Shown: positions 12,234 through 22,706 of the stretch, piece after piece
Layout of the letters: each line of letters opens with the position of its first letter
Position numbering within the stretch: the first letter of the stretch is position 1
Source: Zootoca vivipara
Lineage: Eukaryota
Direction: 5' to 3'
Length of the DNA: 64,000 nt
Assembly: GCF_963506605.1 (NCBI RefSeq)
Contig: NC_083281.1
Location: forward strand, 50,468,001 to 50,532,000
Position numbers and translations under genes: made by a program
Notes under the pieces: model-generated
What the model was told of the DNA's origin: nothing
What the model saw: the letters and a program-made list of their open reading frames with translations, nothing else
Databases searched by the model: none

Positions 12234-12626
12234 AAGTGTTTCCCAAACTTGGCTCACCAGCTGTATTTGGACAACTCCCATCATCCCTAGCTAGCAGGAC
12301 CAGTGGTCAGGGATGATGGGGATTGTAGTTCAAAAACAGCTGGAGACCCAAGTTTGGGAAACGTGGTCTAGCCCAACCTTTCTCAACCTTGGGTCCACAG
12401 ATGTTGTTGGACTGCAACACCAGTGGGCAGGGATGAGGGGAGTTGTAGTACAACATCTGTGGACCTAAGGTTGAGAAAGGTTGGGCTAGCCCAGTGTTTC
12501 CCAAACTTTAGTCTCCAGCTGTTTTTGAACTACAATCCCCACCATCCCTGACCACTGGTCCTGCTAGCTAGGGATGATGGGAGTTGTAGTCAAAAACAGC
12601 TGGAGACCCAAGTTTGGGAAACACTG
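12234..12626. mobile_element. Three abutting hAT MITEs (12234-12365, 12374-12483, 12492-12626)
   Basis: Each has TIRs (CAGTGTTTCCCAAACTT.. or CAACCTTTCTCAACCTT..). They are separated and flanked by the 8-mers GTCTAGCC, GTCTAGCC, GGCTAGCC, GGCTAGCC. Confidence 0.9.
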
Positions 12627-12714
12627 GGCTAGCCATACACAACTGAGATTTTTAAAAATAAGGGTGCTCCTGACCAGCCTCAATGTCTTCCCATAGGTAA
12701 CTGGTGCTTTAAGA

Positions 12715-12849
12715 CAGGCATCCCCAAACTGCGGCTCTTCAGATGTTTTGGCCTACAACTCCCATGATCCCTAGCTAACAGGACCAGTGGTCGGGGAAGA
12801 TGGGAATTGTAGTCCAAAACATCTGGAGAGGCGAAGTTTGGGGGGCCTG
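12715..12849. mobile_element. hAT MITE (CAGGCATCCCCAAACT family)
   Basis: TIRs; 8-bp TSD CTTTAAGA on both sides. Confidence 0.9.
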
Positions 12850-13616
12850 CTTTAAGAGAAGGGTGCCTCTGACTGTGCACTGACTACATTCCACCTTCCT
12901 GCAATTAACTGGGACATGTCAGCATGTTCTGAAATGAGGGGCTGAGCTATGGGCATGGTTGCCGTGAGAACACTTGACAGCTTGTTTTCTGAACAACAGT
13001 GTAACTGAGGGAGGAATAGTTTTCTAAAAGAAAAAGAAATGGTATTAAAATATGGGAAGGAAGAACATTAGGGGGAAGTAGAGAAAGACAGAGGTGAAAC
13101 TAAGGGTGAAGACAACAATTCATTATACTGCAGGGTTCTCAACATTTTTGGGCCTGACAGTATATTTGGAAATGGAAGAAACTCTCATGGGCACCACAAG
13201 CTACCCATTTTACATAAGAACAACTGCCTGTTCCCTGCTCCCTGTCCAATCCAGGCAAAACATCCCCAAAACTAATAAAATACTTTGCAGACCCCAGCAT
13301 TATGTAAGGCGGTGAAAATTTTAATGATCTTCTCTTCATTGAAAACAAATGCCTAGCAATGCAGTCTTTTCACTGGACTTTAGGAAACAGGTTTCCATCA
13401 CACTTAAGAACTGATGTCTGCTTTCACTCTAAGGCAGGGGTGGACAACCTTACTGTTCCTCGGGGCACATGTAGCTGATGGGCGATACTCGGGGAACTTG
13501 TGCCAGTTGGTGTGGCTGGTCCTGTCTTGGCAGTGGGCTGGAGCATTAACATCCACACACCCAACTTACACACACCAAACTGCAGGATTTTTTTGGAAGA
13601 TGGGAGCAAAGTAATA

Positions 13617-13843
13617 CAGTTGTAGCTTGGATCCTGAACGCTTAGTGAGTCGAATGTTTTGGCTTCCAAACTCCGCAAAAACGGAAGTGAGTGTTCCGGT
13701 TTCTGAACATTCTTTGGAACCCGAATGTCCAAAGGGGCTTCCGCGGCTTCCGATTGGCTGCAGAAGCTTCCTTGGTTTCTGAATGTTTTGGAAGTTGAAC
13801 GGACTTTTGGAATGGATTCCGTTTGACTTCCAAGGTACCACTG
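13617..13843. mobile_element. Tc1/mariner (Tigger-like) MITE
   Basis: TA|CAGTTGTAGCTTGG...CCAAGGTACCACTG|TA. Confidence 0.8.
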
Positions 13844-13995
13844 TATAGGGATGATACCTGTAAATAAATTCCCATTTCTTTGATCTATTTGAAGCATCTT
13901 GGGCTTCTGGGTGTAGTCTTTCTGAGGGAAAGGTCCCAGTTAATTAGTATAATGTGCCACCAGTGTGGAGAGCCTGCTGCAGGATTGCTCAAGGT

Positions 13996-14410
13996 CAGGG
14001 GTTGGCAACCTAAGGCCCATAGGCCGGAAGCAGCCCATGGAGGCTGTTTAACAGGCACACGAGCCGCCCGCTTGGCGAGTCCCTGCCTGCTGTGCTAAAC
14101 CGGCGCGGTGCAGGGACTCTCTTCTGCGGCTCTGGAAAGCGCTTCTGCACATTTGCAGATGCTGGAAATAGCATCTGCGCATGTCTGCAGTGCTGGAAAT
14201 CGCTTCTGCGCATGCCCAGACGCAGAAAATTGCTTTTGCACAGGCACAATTTTTGGCGTCTGGGCATGCGCAGAAGCGATTTCCAACGCCAAGGACATGC
14301 ACAGATGCAATTTTCGGCATTCCACTGCGCCGGCCCAGGTCGGAGGATCTCCACAGGAGTGATCCGGTGCAGTGATCTGGCACATGCCTGGTAAGCCTTG
14401 CCAACCCCTG
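13996..14410. mobile_element. Non-autonomous hAT element with internal palindromes
   Basis: TIR CAGGGGTTGGCAA..TTGCCAACCCCTG; TSD CTCAAGGT/CTCATGGT; internal inverted repeat ~14196-14284 rich in GCGCATG. Confidence 0.85.
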
Positions 14411-14511
14411 CTCATGGTCATAGAAATGGTGCAAAAATGAACTTTGTAGCAGCAGCTGGATAGTTTTCCAGTATGTACATTATCTAATGTTGGGAAAATT
14501 AGGCCCTAGAG

Positions 14512-14927
14512 CAGGGGTCCCCAGACTTACCGAGCGGCGGGCCGGTGCCCGCCGCGCCGCCCGCGCGGTGGGCCGGACGGCAGGGGAGTGCGCGCGCAGC
14601 GGGCCGGAGGGCGGGGGAGTGCGCGCCCGTGCGCATGCGCACACGCACACGGGCGGGGAAAAAATCGCCGAAAATCGCTTGTGCGCATGCGTATGGGCCT
14701 CCCCCGACCCGGAAGTGCACCAGAAATGACCTCTTCCGGGTCGGGAGAGGCCTGTACGCATGCGCACAAAGGATTTTCGGCGATTTTTTTGCCGATTTTT
14801 TAGATTGTCGCTGCGCCGCGCGCCGTGAGAGCGGGCGGCGGCAGCGGGCGGCGGGGGTCGTCGCGGGCCGGATTGGAAGGCCGATTGGGCCGCATCCGGC
14901 CCGGGGGCCGTAGTTTGGGGACCCCTG
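14512..14927. mobile_element. GC-rich non-autonomous hAT element
   Basis: TIR CAGGGGTCCCCA..TGGGGACCCCTG; perfect TSD CCCTAGAG; second copy at 47980-48361. Confidence 0.92.
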
Positions 14928-15854
14928 CCCTAGAGGCTGTGATTGGCAAAAATCTGCCTTGTAACCAGGCTTTTTGGTATTAAAAAGTGGTCTTTGACTT
15001 AGTTTGGGGCCCCCATTCAGATGAAGTTGCAACGACCTGGATGTAGCTTGCTGGTGGGATCTGTGACTATGAGGCTGGTGGTAGGGTGCGGCAAGCTAAT
15101 GCTGTTCTTTTTGGTCTGTACCTGAAGTCCCAAAAGTTTTTTTGTTTCTTACATTGTAGTTTTTAGTATAAAAAGGATTCTATTTAGTCTTGTGGTCTCT
15201 TAATAAAGTATTTGTCTTTATCTATTGCTGTGGCTTCTTATGGTAGGCTTTGCTCTAAATCTGGTACCTGGCTGCTTGGTTTCACTACCGAGTAATTTGT
15301 GGGTTTGGGACTTGGAGAACAAGGAGTGGATCCTGACTTAGATTTGGAAAACTTTTCAGGAGTGGAGGCAGTACTACTGGGCAGGTTTGATTTTCCCTGG
15401 GCATCATTCAGCTTGGCTGCAGGGTTGAGAAATTCGCCCTGGGTAGAGAGGAGTAAAACCTGCTCCTTTGTTCCAGGCTAGAAGGGGTGAGATAGGAAAT
15501 AAGGAATGCTTACCATCATAGCTCTCATCTTAAACCAAAATTTTATTCAATCCCTTCTTTATCATACAAGTCTAGAAATAATGTAGGTGCTGTGATTTGA
15601 GATCCACAGCTGCTATGCAGTTCCTGAGTCAGCAGGACTCCTGTCAGATGGGGTATTCTTGTATTCTGTTAAAGGATTTTAGAGGTAAAATTACTTGGTA
15701 TCACCCAGCAACACCTGGTCAGTAAAAAAATAAACATACCAATTTTCTTTCATTCATGCTATTATAAATTGTCTAACTGCAGTATTATTATTATTTTTAA
15801 AAAATCCTTAAAACACAGGCAGAACGTGTGTAACCTACAGAGTCAGCAAGTGTA

Positions 15855-16064
15855 ATGACTTCCTCTGAACAGAAGCAAAATGAAATAGAGTCTGAAAGAG
15901 TCGCTGGAAATACAAGAATTGTGGAAACAGAATTGCGCTGCACCTACCCAAATGAGAGGCGGGAGAGGAATCAGATTTACACCCTTCTAAGCATCAGTAA
16001 CAGCATAAATGAACAAGAGGAAAGGTCTTTGGATTGTATTAATGGAACAGGATGGGAGGAAGCT
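15855..16064 (+). CDS. C16orf46: C16orf46 homolog, coding exon 1 (70 aa, phase 0)
   Basis: Ends ..IYTLLSIS..EQEER..INGTGWEEA, matching recalled human ..IIGTGWEEA; donor GCT|GTGAGT; syntenic position next to ATMIN. Confidence 0.9.
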
Positions 16065-16489
16065 GTGAGTAAGAATTTTATGTTGTGAACATTTATACTT
16101 TCAGTCACCAATTATCCATTAAAAAGAATCTGCTATAATATAATGTGGTTTATAAATGGGCACCACTTGTCTCCTAGGGGCTGATTCAAATGTAGTATCA
16201 GTTGAAGCATTTTGTGACCAAATGTACATTCTGATAAATATAAAAATTATATCCTTGGTTTCACGTCCATCAGGTGATACCGTTGCAGAAGTCCATTTAG
16301 CTATACAGGTCTCCATTGCTGATTCTTTTCAATATAAATGTTGCAGCTGCGGATGCATGCACCTTCCCTCACCTTAAGTTGCAATACTACCTATGGCCCT
16401 GCCTAGACAGAGTTAGCTTTGCCTTGTCCATACATGCTGTGGAAAATCGAAGTCTGACTACTATAGTGGACTTGGAGAGGCCTTTGGAA

Positions 16490-17045
16490 ACTATTTGTTA
16501 TCTTAAACTACTTCAGAATATGGCAACTAAACTATTGACTGGAACAAGCCACTTGGAATGTAGCTTGCCAGTTTTCTGTGGCTTCTAATTTGATTTCAAG
16601 GATTTTCCAAGATACTGGTTGTGACAGGTTTTAACATATAAAGTCTCATATGGCTTTGGACCAGAGTATCTGAAGGCTTGACTACTCCTATATGAACCTG
16701 CTTGACTTTTAAGACATTCATCAGAGGCCTTGCTTTGGTTACCGGTACTTCCACTTTCAGATGGAAAGTGGGTGGCAATCAGATAGTGGTATCCTGGTTT
16801 TGGAATATTTTCTCCAGGGATAAATTGACTGGCACCTACTCTTAACCTTTAGAATGAGGTTCATACAACTGTATTCTCCTGAATTTTTAATTAATTGTTT
16901 TAACACTTCCTTTGCTGCTGGCTACTTTTGTTGACATTCTTATGGTTTGTATTGTTTCTGTATTGTAGTTCTTAAACTTTCTTAGCTGCTTAGAAAGTTT
17001 ATATACTCAAATGTGGGATAAAATTATTTTAAAGAAAATAAATAT
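16490..17045 (+). mobile_element. Degraded L2-type LINE 3' fragment
   Basis: KLLQNMATKLLTG-like peptide followed by decayed L2-type ORF2 3' sequence and an AAATAAAT tail; boundaries approximate. Confidence 0.45.
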
Positions 17046-17466
17046 TTAAAAACAAAACTTGAGACATGTTAAGTCTATTTAGCATGATAAAAGCATTTGG
17101 GAGATAGACAGAGCTTTAATTCATAAAAAACCTATGCCATGATAAACGTGTTAATCTTTTAAGGAACTGCAAGAATCTTGTTGATCTATTTACAAAGGAA
17201 TTAATAAAAATAAAAATAATAGGTATTAATAATTTCACCCTGTCCAGACTAAAGTCAGTAGTGTTGGGTTCCTAAATTTACATAAAAGATAATCCTTAAA
17301 TTAGACAATGCTTTTGATGAAATTATTATAATAATAGTATTTATGATTTGGTTCAGGTTATATGTAGCAGTACTTTAATTCTTTGCTCAGGGTACTCTAC
17401 ACTTTCCCATTATATGTCATTTGTGCAGCTGGCGCTATGCATGGAAATAAGTCAGTCTGCATTTAT

Positions 17467-17801
17467 GGGTGGCGCTGTGGTCTAAACCTAGGGCTTGCCA
17501 ACCAGAAGGTTGGCGGTTCAAATCCCCGCAATGGAGTGAGCTCCCGTTGCTCAGTCCCTGCTCCTGCCAACCTAGCAGTTCAAAACACGTCAAAGTGCAA
17601 GTAGATATATAGGTACCGCTCTAGCAGGAAGGTAAACAGCATTTCCATGCGCTGCTCTGGTTCGCCAGAAGCGGCTTAGTTATGCTGGCCACATGACCCG
17701 GAAGCTGTACGCCAGCTCCCTCAGCCAATAATGTGAGATGAGCGCCGCAACCCCAGAGTCGTCCACGACTGGACCTAACAGTCAGGGGTCCCTTTACCTT
17801 T
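17467..17801 (+). mobile_element. Sauria SINE
   Basis: tRNA-like head GGTGGCGCTGTGG with B-box GGTTCAAATCC; consensus body; tail GGGGTCCCTTTACCTTT. Confidence 0.92.
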
Positions 17802-18614
17802 ATGCCCAAGTAAGTCTTCATATGACTGCAGTTAGTTATACTCTTGTGTAATTACTTTTACAGTTTTCTTGTATTTTGGATTGTGAAGCAAATGTCAAAG
17901 CTTTTCTTCCTACTGCCATGCCATTTTTACTCTATTTTTAGGCTCATGTTTACTACATTTTTTGAGCTCTGCTTTGTGTCCTGATTTCTGTGTATAATTG
18001 AGAAGCCCTGTGGCTATGTCCACATGGACCTTATTTTTAGGGCTGCAATCCTGCCAGTGGCTTCATCCAGAGTCAATCCTTTCCTTGTATACACACTTTG
18101 CATTTCCTAGCTTATAACAGCTTGCAAGTGTTTGGGGAAGAGAATGATAAGCAAGGTCTAGTAATGCTTTCTCGTGAGAGGGAGCAATCCATACCACCTT
18201 GAAGGAAGTAGATATGTACCTTCTCTTAACCTGCAGACTGTTCCATCTATTGATTGCTAATTTCTCATTTTTGAATTAAAGTTATCTAGTAGGTAATTAT
18301 CACAACCCTGATTGCAACCGTGGTATCTTTCCTAAATCTCTCAGCAGGTTTTGTTACCATCAGTTATGATATTATTCTGGTGTATATTTCCAGGGACATT
18401 GTGCTTCAGTTCCTATGTGGAGAGCCATTTTCAGAATGTGGTGCTGAGAGATCATCACTAATGTATTATGCAGGGATTTATTTTGTCTCTTATGCTGTTT
18501 AGAATCTCTTCTGTATGGAAATCCTGAGGTCCTTTGGGATCCTGGAGTAAGGTTCTGGCATTTTCTTGTAAAATTAAAAGTGGTGGTGGGTAAGATGAAG
18601 TGATGTCTGAAATG

Positions 18615-18643
18615 AGTAGTAGTAGTAGTAGTTGTTGTTGTTG

Positions 18644-18696
<53 letters not shown>
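18615..18696. repeat. Compound microsatellite (AGT)n(TGT)n(TAT)n
   Basis: Read directly; adjoins the reverse-oriented L2 terminus TTTATACCCTGTCCATCTGGCTGGGT, so it probably expanded from the LINE tail. Confidence 0.95.
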
Positions 18697-19015
18697 TATA
18701 CCCTGTCCATCTGGCTGGGTTGCATGAACTGGATGCATGCTAGCTAACTAACTGAAGCTCAATCCAGACAAGATGGGGGTACTGATTATAATTGGTTTAT
18801 AAGTGGTTTTGCCTGATATGCTGAGTCTATTTTGGGTGGTTTTGCATTTCCATGAAGAATTAGGTGCAAAGCTTGGAGATTTGTTTAGATCTGTTCTTAT
18901 ATCTGGGTGCCCAAGTGAGATGTTGCATGAAGCACTTTATGCCACTTTCAGCTGCTATGCCAGTTTTCACCCCTCCTCTAGATGACTTTCTTATGTTAAG
19001 CTAATGCAATGTCAT

Positions 19016-19155
19016 CATAGAATTGTAGTGTTGGCAGTGACCCTGAGGATCATCTAGTCGAACCCCCTACAATGCAGTAATATGCAGCTGTCCCATAAGG
19101 GGATCGAACCTGCAACCTTGGCATTATCATGCTCTAATCAACTAACCTATCCAGA
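19016..19155 (-). mobile_element. Short tRNA-derived SINE with CR1-like 3' end
   Basis: GGGATCGAACC is a reverse B-box; CATAGAATTGTAG..GACCCTGAGGATCATCTAGTC is a reverse CR1-type terminus. Confidence 0.6.
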
Positions 19156-20504
19156 CTCAGATGGAAGAGGATGCCTTAGAAAACTACTGAGAAGCCACAA
19201 CTAGCCCATGATATGTTTGGTCGAATGGAACACATTGCACCAGTGTATAAACATATTCAATGGTTAGATGTCTATTTCCAAATACAATTCATAGTCCTGT
19301 TGTTAACCTTTAAAGCTGAGTAGCTCAGGTTGCAGATGTCTGCAGGACCGCTGCCTGAATGCTGAGATTCTCTTCGGAGGCCCTTCTCTGGGTGTCCTTT
19401 GCCTGTTTTATATCCTACTTAAAGCAGCTTACAATGTAGCAGAGCAAGCGTAACAATTTCAAAACAATAAAAATTCAGTTCTATTAACTAAGATTCTAGT
19501 TAGGAGATAATGCATCCTGTTTCAGAGCAAAAAATTGGACTGGATCATATTTGAAGGAGTTTGCCAGTGTGGTCTGGTTTTGTCATAATTAGGAATGTGG
19601 CAGTAGGCTACTCTGCAATGGTTGTCTTTCATGGGCATGGAGATGTAGTTTATGTTACTCCAGTGGACCAGGAATTATTGACCAAACAGCAAAGCTGTCC
19701 TTTCACATAGCCAGGAGTGCATGATCCAGCTTTCCCTCTTGTATTCAAACTCAGGCTCATAACAGGCATTTATGCTGACAGACTAGTAGGTGGCAGCTTT
19801 CAGAACCATAACTGTTCCCAGAAGCAAAGCTAACACAACCTAAGGGTTTGCTTACAAGAGCTCAGCCTGGCTGCTGTGATGGTACCTATTTTGGCTTTTG
19901 TATGGTTCATAGGACTCCATGCTAGCAATACCACCATGCTTCAGAGTTTTGCCTGGCACAGATTATTCATACTTTTTTTTGCTTTGGGTGAAGTTATTTC
20001 CATTTATGACTATCTTTACAGGTAGACCAATCAGATTTCTGGAAACCAAGTATAGGGCCTTTTCAGTGATAGTCCTGCATCTTTGGAACTCCCTCCCTTA
20101 AGAACTTAATTGGCCTCCTGCTTCAGAGTTTTAAATGGGCCTTAAAGAGATTTTTTTGGTTGTTGTGTGCAACTATTTAGAGATGGTGTTGCTGGCTTTT
20201 ATTTGTTTCACATGTTCTATTCTGTTGCTGTTTATATTAATTGTGGTGTGGTTTTATTGTATTAGTTTAAATGTGATGGTACGCTGCCTTAGGAGGGCTT
20301 GTCCTCAAAACTGAATTGAAAATAACTTGTGAGTTTACTGTAAGGTGCCCTGAGAACTTCATGGTAGATATAATATTCACTATTTTTTAAAAAAATAATA
20401 ATGAAAGGATTGATCAGAACACTTGTTGCGCCTGGCAATGGGGCTGTTCTGGAGAAAAGCAACTTGTGTTTTCTAGAGGTACAGCACCTCCAGTTGTGCA
20501 CTGA

Positions 20505-20589
20505 AGTATAGTATAGTATAGTATAGTATAGTATAGTATAGTATAGTATAGTATAGTATAGTATAGTATAGTATAGTATAGTATAGTAT
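20505..20589. repeat. (AGTAT)17 pentanucleotide microsatellite
   Basis: Perfect repeat read directly; lies in the C16orf46 intron. Confidence 0.97.
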
Positions 20590-21551
20590 GTGTGTATGGA
20601 GCATTGAAGTACTGTACAGATACTGTAATTGCTTCAGTCCATTGTCTGCTTTTTTCTTCTATAAAATGGTATTTTATACTTTCTACTACTTAAAAAAATT
20701 ATTCAGTATTGAGGTTAGATCCTATGGTCCCTGGGAGGGTGTGCCAGGGGGCCATTGGATGTTTCAAATCTCCAAGTTGAGGGTGGAGAACCTTATAAGG
20801 CCTCTTCCAGTCACTATGGTCTATGTGGCCGTTACTAATGTCAGAGTTCAAATGTTGGTTGGAGCAAAGAAAAGGGTTGGTTTGGATCTAAATCCTTTCC
20901 ATATCCCTGCCCAATAAATAAATTGAGCTGAATATATGTCAACCTTGGAACGGACATATGTATTTTTCTTTCTACTGGAAACATTAGGAAGGAAATAATA
21001 AAAACTTAGAAGACAAGCACTTAGAAAGGACAAATAAAAAAGAGCACCACACTTTCCACTTTTTTGTTTTGCTACCATGTGCCCAGTAAACTGTCTTTGA
21101 GATATTCAAATACTCTGTCTTCTGCTGTCCCATTGGCAGGAATGCTGTGTTACTGAAGAGCTGTAAAGAAAGCATTAAGAACGTGAATCATAACTTTTGG
21201 TCCTCCCATTTGAGACTAAAAATTAGCCATAATATGATATGCACAGTTTGTTATTTAAACAGACTGGTATGAAACAAAAGTCAGGAGTTGCCTTGTGCTA
21301 GACCTTCTTGTTCTATGACTCATTGTTCTATGGCTCATTTAAGGTCTGCTCAACAGTCTTGTCTGACTTTCTTGCTAATGGGGCATTATTTTAGAATGGT
21401 CTAGGAACCTTATTTCAATTACACTTTTTTTTGAACAGAGAATATCTTTTCCTGCATATTGACCCACAGTTAAAATTAGCAAGAGATTACCAGTAAATCT
21501 AGTTGCTCTGCTGCTTTAAATACTAACATATTCACATCATTTTGCTCTCAG

Positions 21552-22706
21552 GTCCAAGGCTGGGGCAAAACAGCCCCATTTGCTTATCTTCAGCTACAAA
21601 AGAAAGCTAGAAAAGCAAAGACAAGTGAGTCTGTCAGTGGATGCCAGTCTGTCAGTGGATGCCTTTACTGCTTAGATCTGAATCAAGTTATTGACAAAAG
21701 TTTGGAACAAGACCCCAAGGGTACAGAACCATTGAAAACTGATTTCAAATTAAGTACATGCGCAGCCACGGAGCGTATTCCAGAAAAACAACAGACTCTG
21801 CTTTTACAGAGTGCAACCATAGACTCTTCTGCAACAGAAGACTCTAAAAAGGAAAACTGTTATGGCAAAATATATTCTAGTCAGACATCTCAAGGAGAAA
21901 AGAGAAAAGTGTCCTTAAAGGATGCTCAAGCTAGTTTAAGTGAAAGGAGATTTTTTCTAATGAAAGAGAGTCCTCTCTTCCAAGGAGAAAAGAGAACAGT
22001 GCCAATAAAGGAGTATAGTATACTGAGTCCAGGAAAACCCAAAACTCTAGAAACTGTGAAATACAAAGACACAAAAGGCTACGAGCCTCCCATATGTAAT
22101 CATGTTGGCACTGAAACTGCTTCTGTTAAGCCATCATTAGTACTGCCACCTCTGAAAGATGCAACTCTCAAAACCACCCTGGATCCTTCAGCAAAGAAAA
22201 GCAAGACTGTTACTTCCCAGGCAAGTGAAAAACCATTCCATGCTGTTTCTGAGACAAGTTGCTGTGGTCAGGTTTTTAAAACCAAAGAGCAAAAGAGTGA
22301 AAAAAGAATAGAAACAATGTGTAATGCAGTGAAGGAGCAAATAAAAATGCATGAAATAGCCTCTTTTGACTCAAGGCTTTCCAAGACTTCATTCATCTCA
22401 AGAAACCCAGATCGTTGCTACTGGCATTGTGCATTTGCACCAGATACAAAAATGACAACCATGTCTAATTCAATTGCACTGCGAAGACACAATCATCTCA
22501 ACAGCATGCATTTTCTGCATACAAAAGGCGCACGAATCAGCAAAGCCAATGAGATGCAAGACCCTTGCACCAGAAGCAGGAGTCACACTGGAACCAAACA
22601 AGGAAATGAATCAAAAACACAGGAGATCCCTCTGCTTTCTGGACTATTCCCTTCCTTAACGGTCAGCCGTGTTGCAATAGCTGCATTGCCCTTTAGGCTG
22701 ACCTGA
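21552..22706 (+). CDS. C16orf46: C16orf46 homolog, terminal coding exon (spliced protein 454 aa)
   Basis: Acceptor tttgctctcag|GTCCAAGGCTGGGGC (VQGWG), in frame with ORF 21702-22706. Motifs EKRTVPIKE, LVLPPLK, KKSK and PSLTVSRV match recalled human C16orf46. Confidence 0.92.
   Translation, partial: VQGWGKTAPFAYLQLQKKARKAKTSESVSGCQSVSGCLYCLDLNQVIDKSLEQDPKGTEPLKTDFKLSTCAATERIPEKQQTLLLQSATIDSSATEDSKKENCYGKIYSSQTSQGEKRKVSLKDAQASLSERRFFLMKESPLFQGEKRTVPIKEYSILSPGKPKTLETVKYKDTKGYEPPICNHVGTETASVKPSLVLPPLKDATLKTTLDPSAKKSKTVTSQASEKPFHAVSETSCCGQVFKTKEQKSEKRIETMCNAVKEQIKMHEIASFDSRLSKTSFISRNPDRCYWHCAFAPDTKMTTMSNSIALRRHNHLNSMHFLHTKGARISKANEMQDPCTRSRSHTGTKQGNESKTQEIPLLSGLFPSLTVSRVAIAALPFRLT

Noticed and set aside
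11475-12246. ORFs of 102-216 aa in the CpG island, considered as GCSH exon 1
   Set aside because: No resemblance to the GCSH N-terminus and no downstream GCSH exons (e.g. HEWV, ESVKAASE) found; GCSH is probably outside the window.
12234-12626. Repeat-spacer appearance suggesting a CRISPR array
   Set aside because: Eukaryotic context; the 8-bp repeats are hAT target-site duplications and the intervening units are TIR-bounded MITEs.
14010-15032. Clusters of ORFs in several frames (also 47949-48570)
   Set aside because: They lie within GC-rich palindromic MITEs; no transposase motifs.
17467-17530. tRNA-like A/B boxes (also ~49653, ~41050, ~19100)
   Set aside because: These are SINE heads; no complete cloverleaf.
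21702-22706. ORF-track start at 21702, and 26585, 37850, 38586 as independent genes
   Set aside because: They are internal to spliced exons whose true starts are the upstream acceptors.
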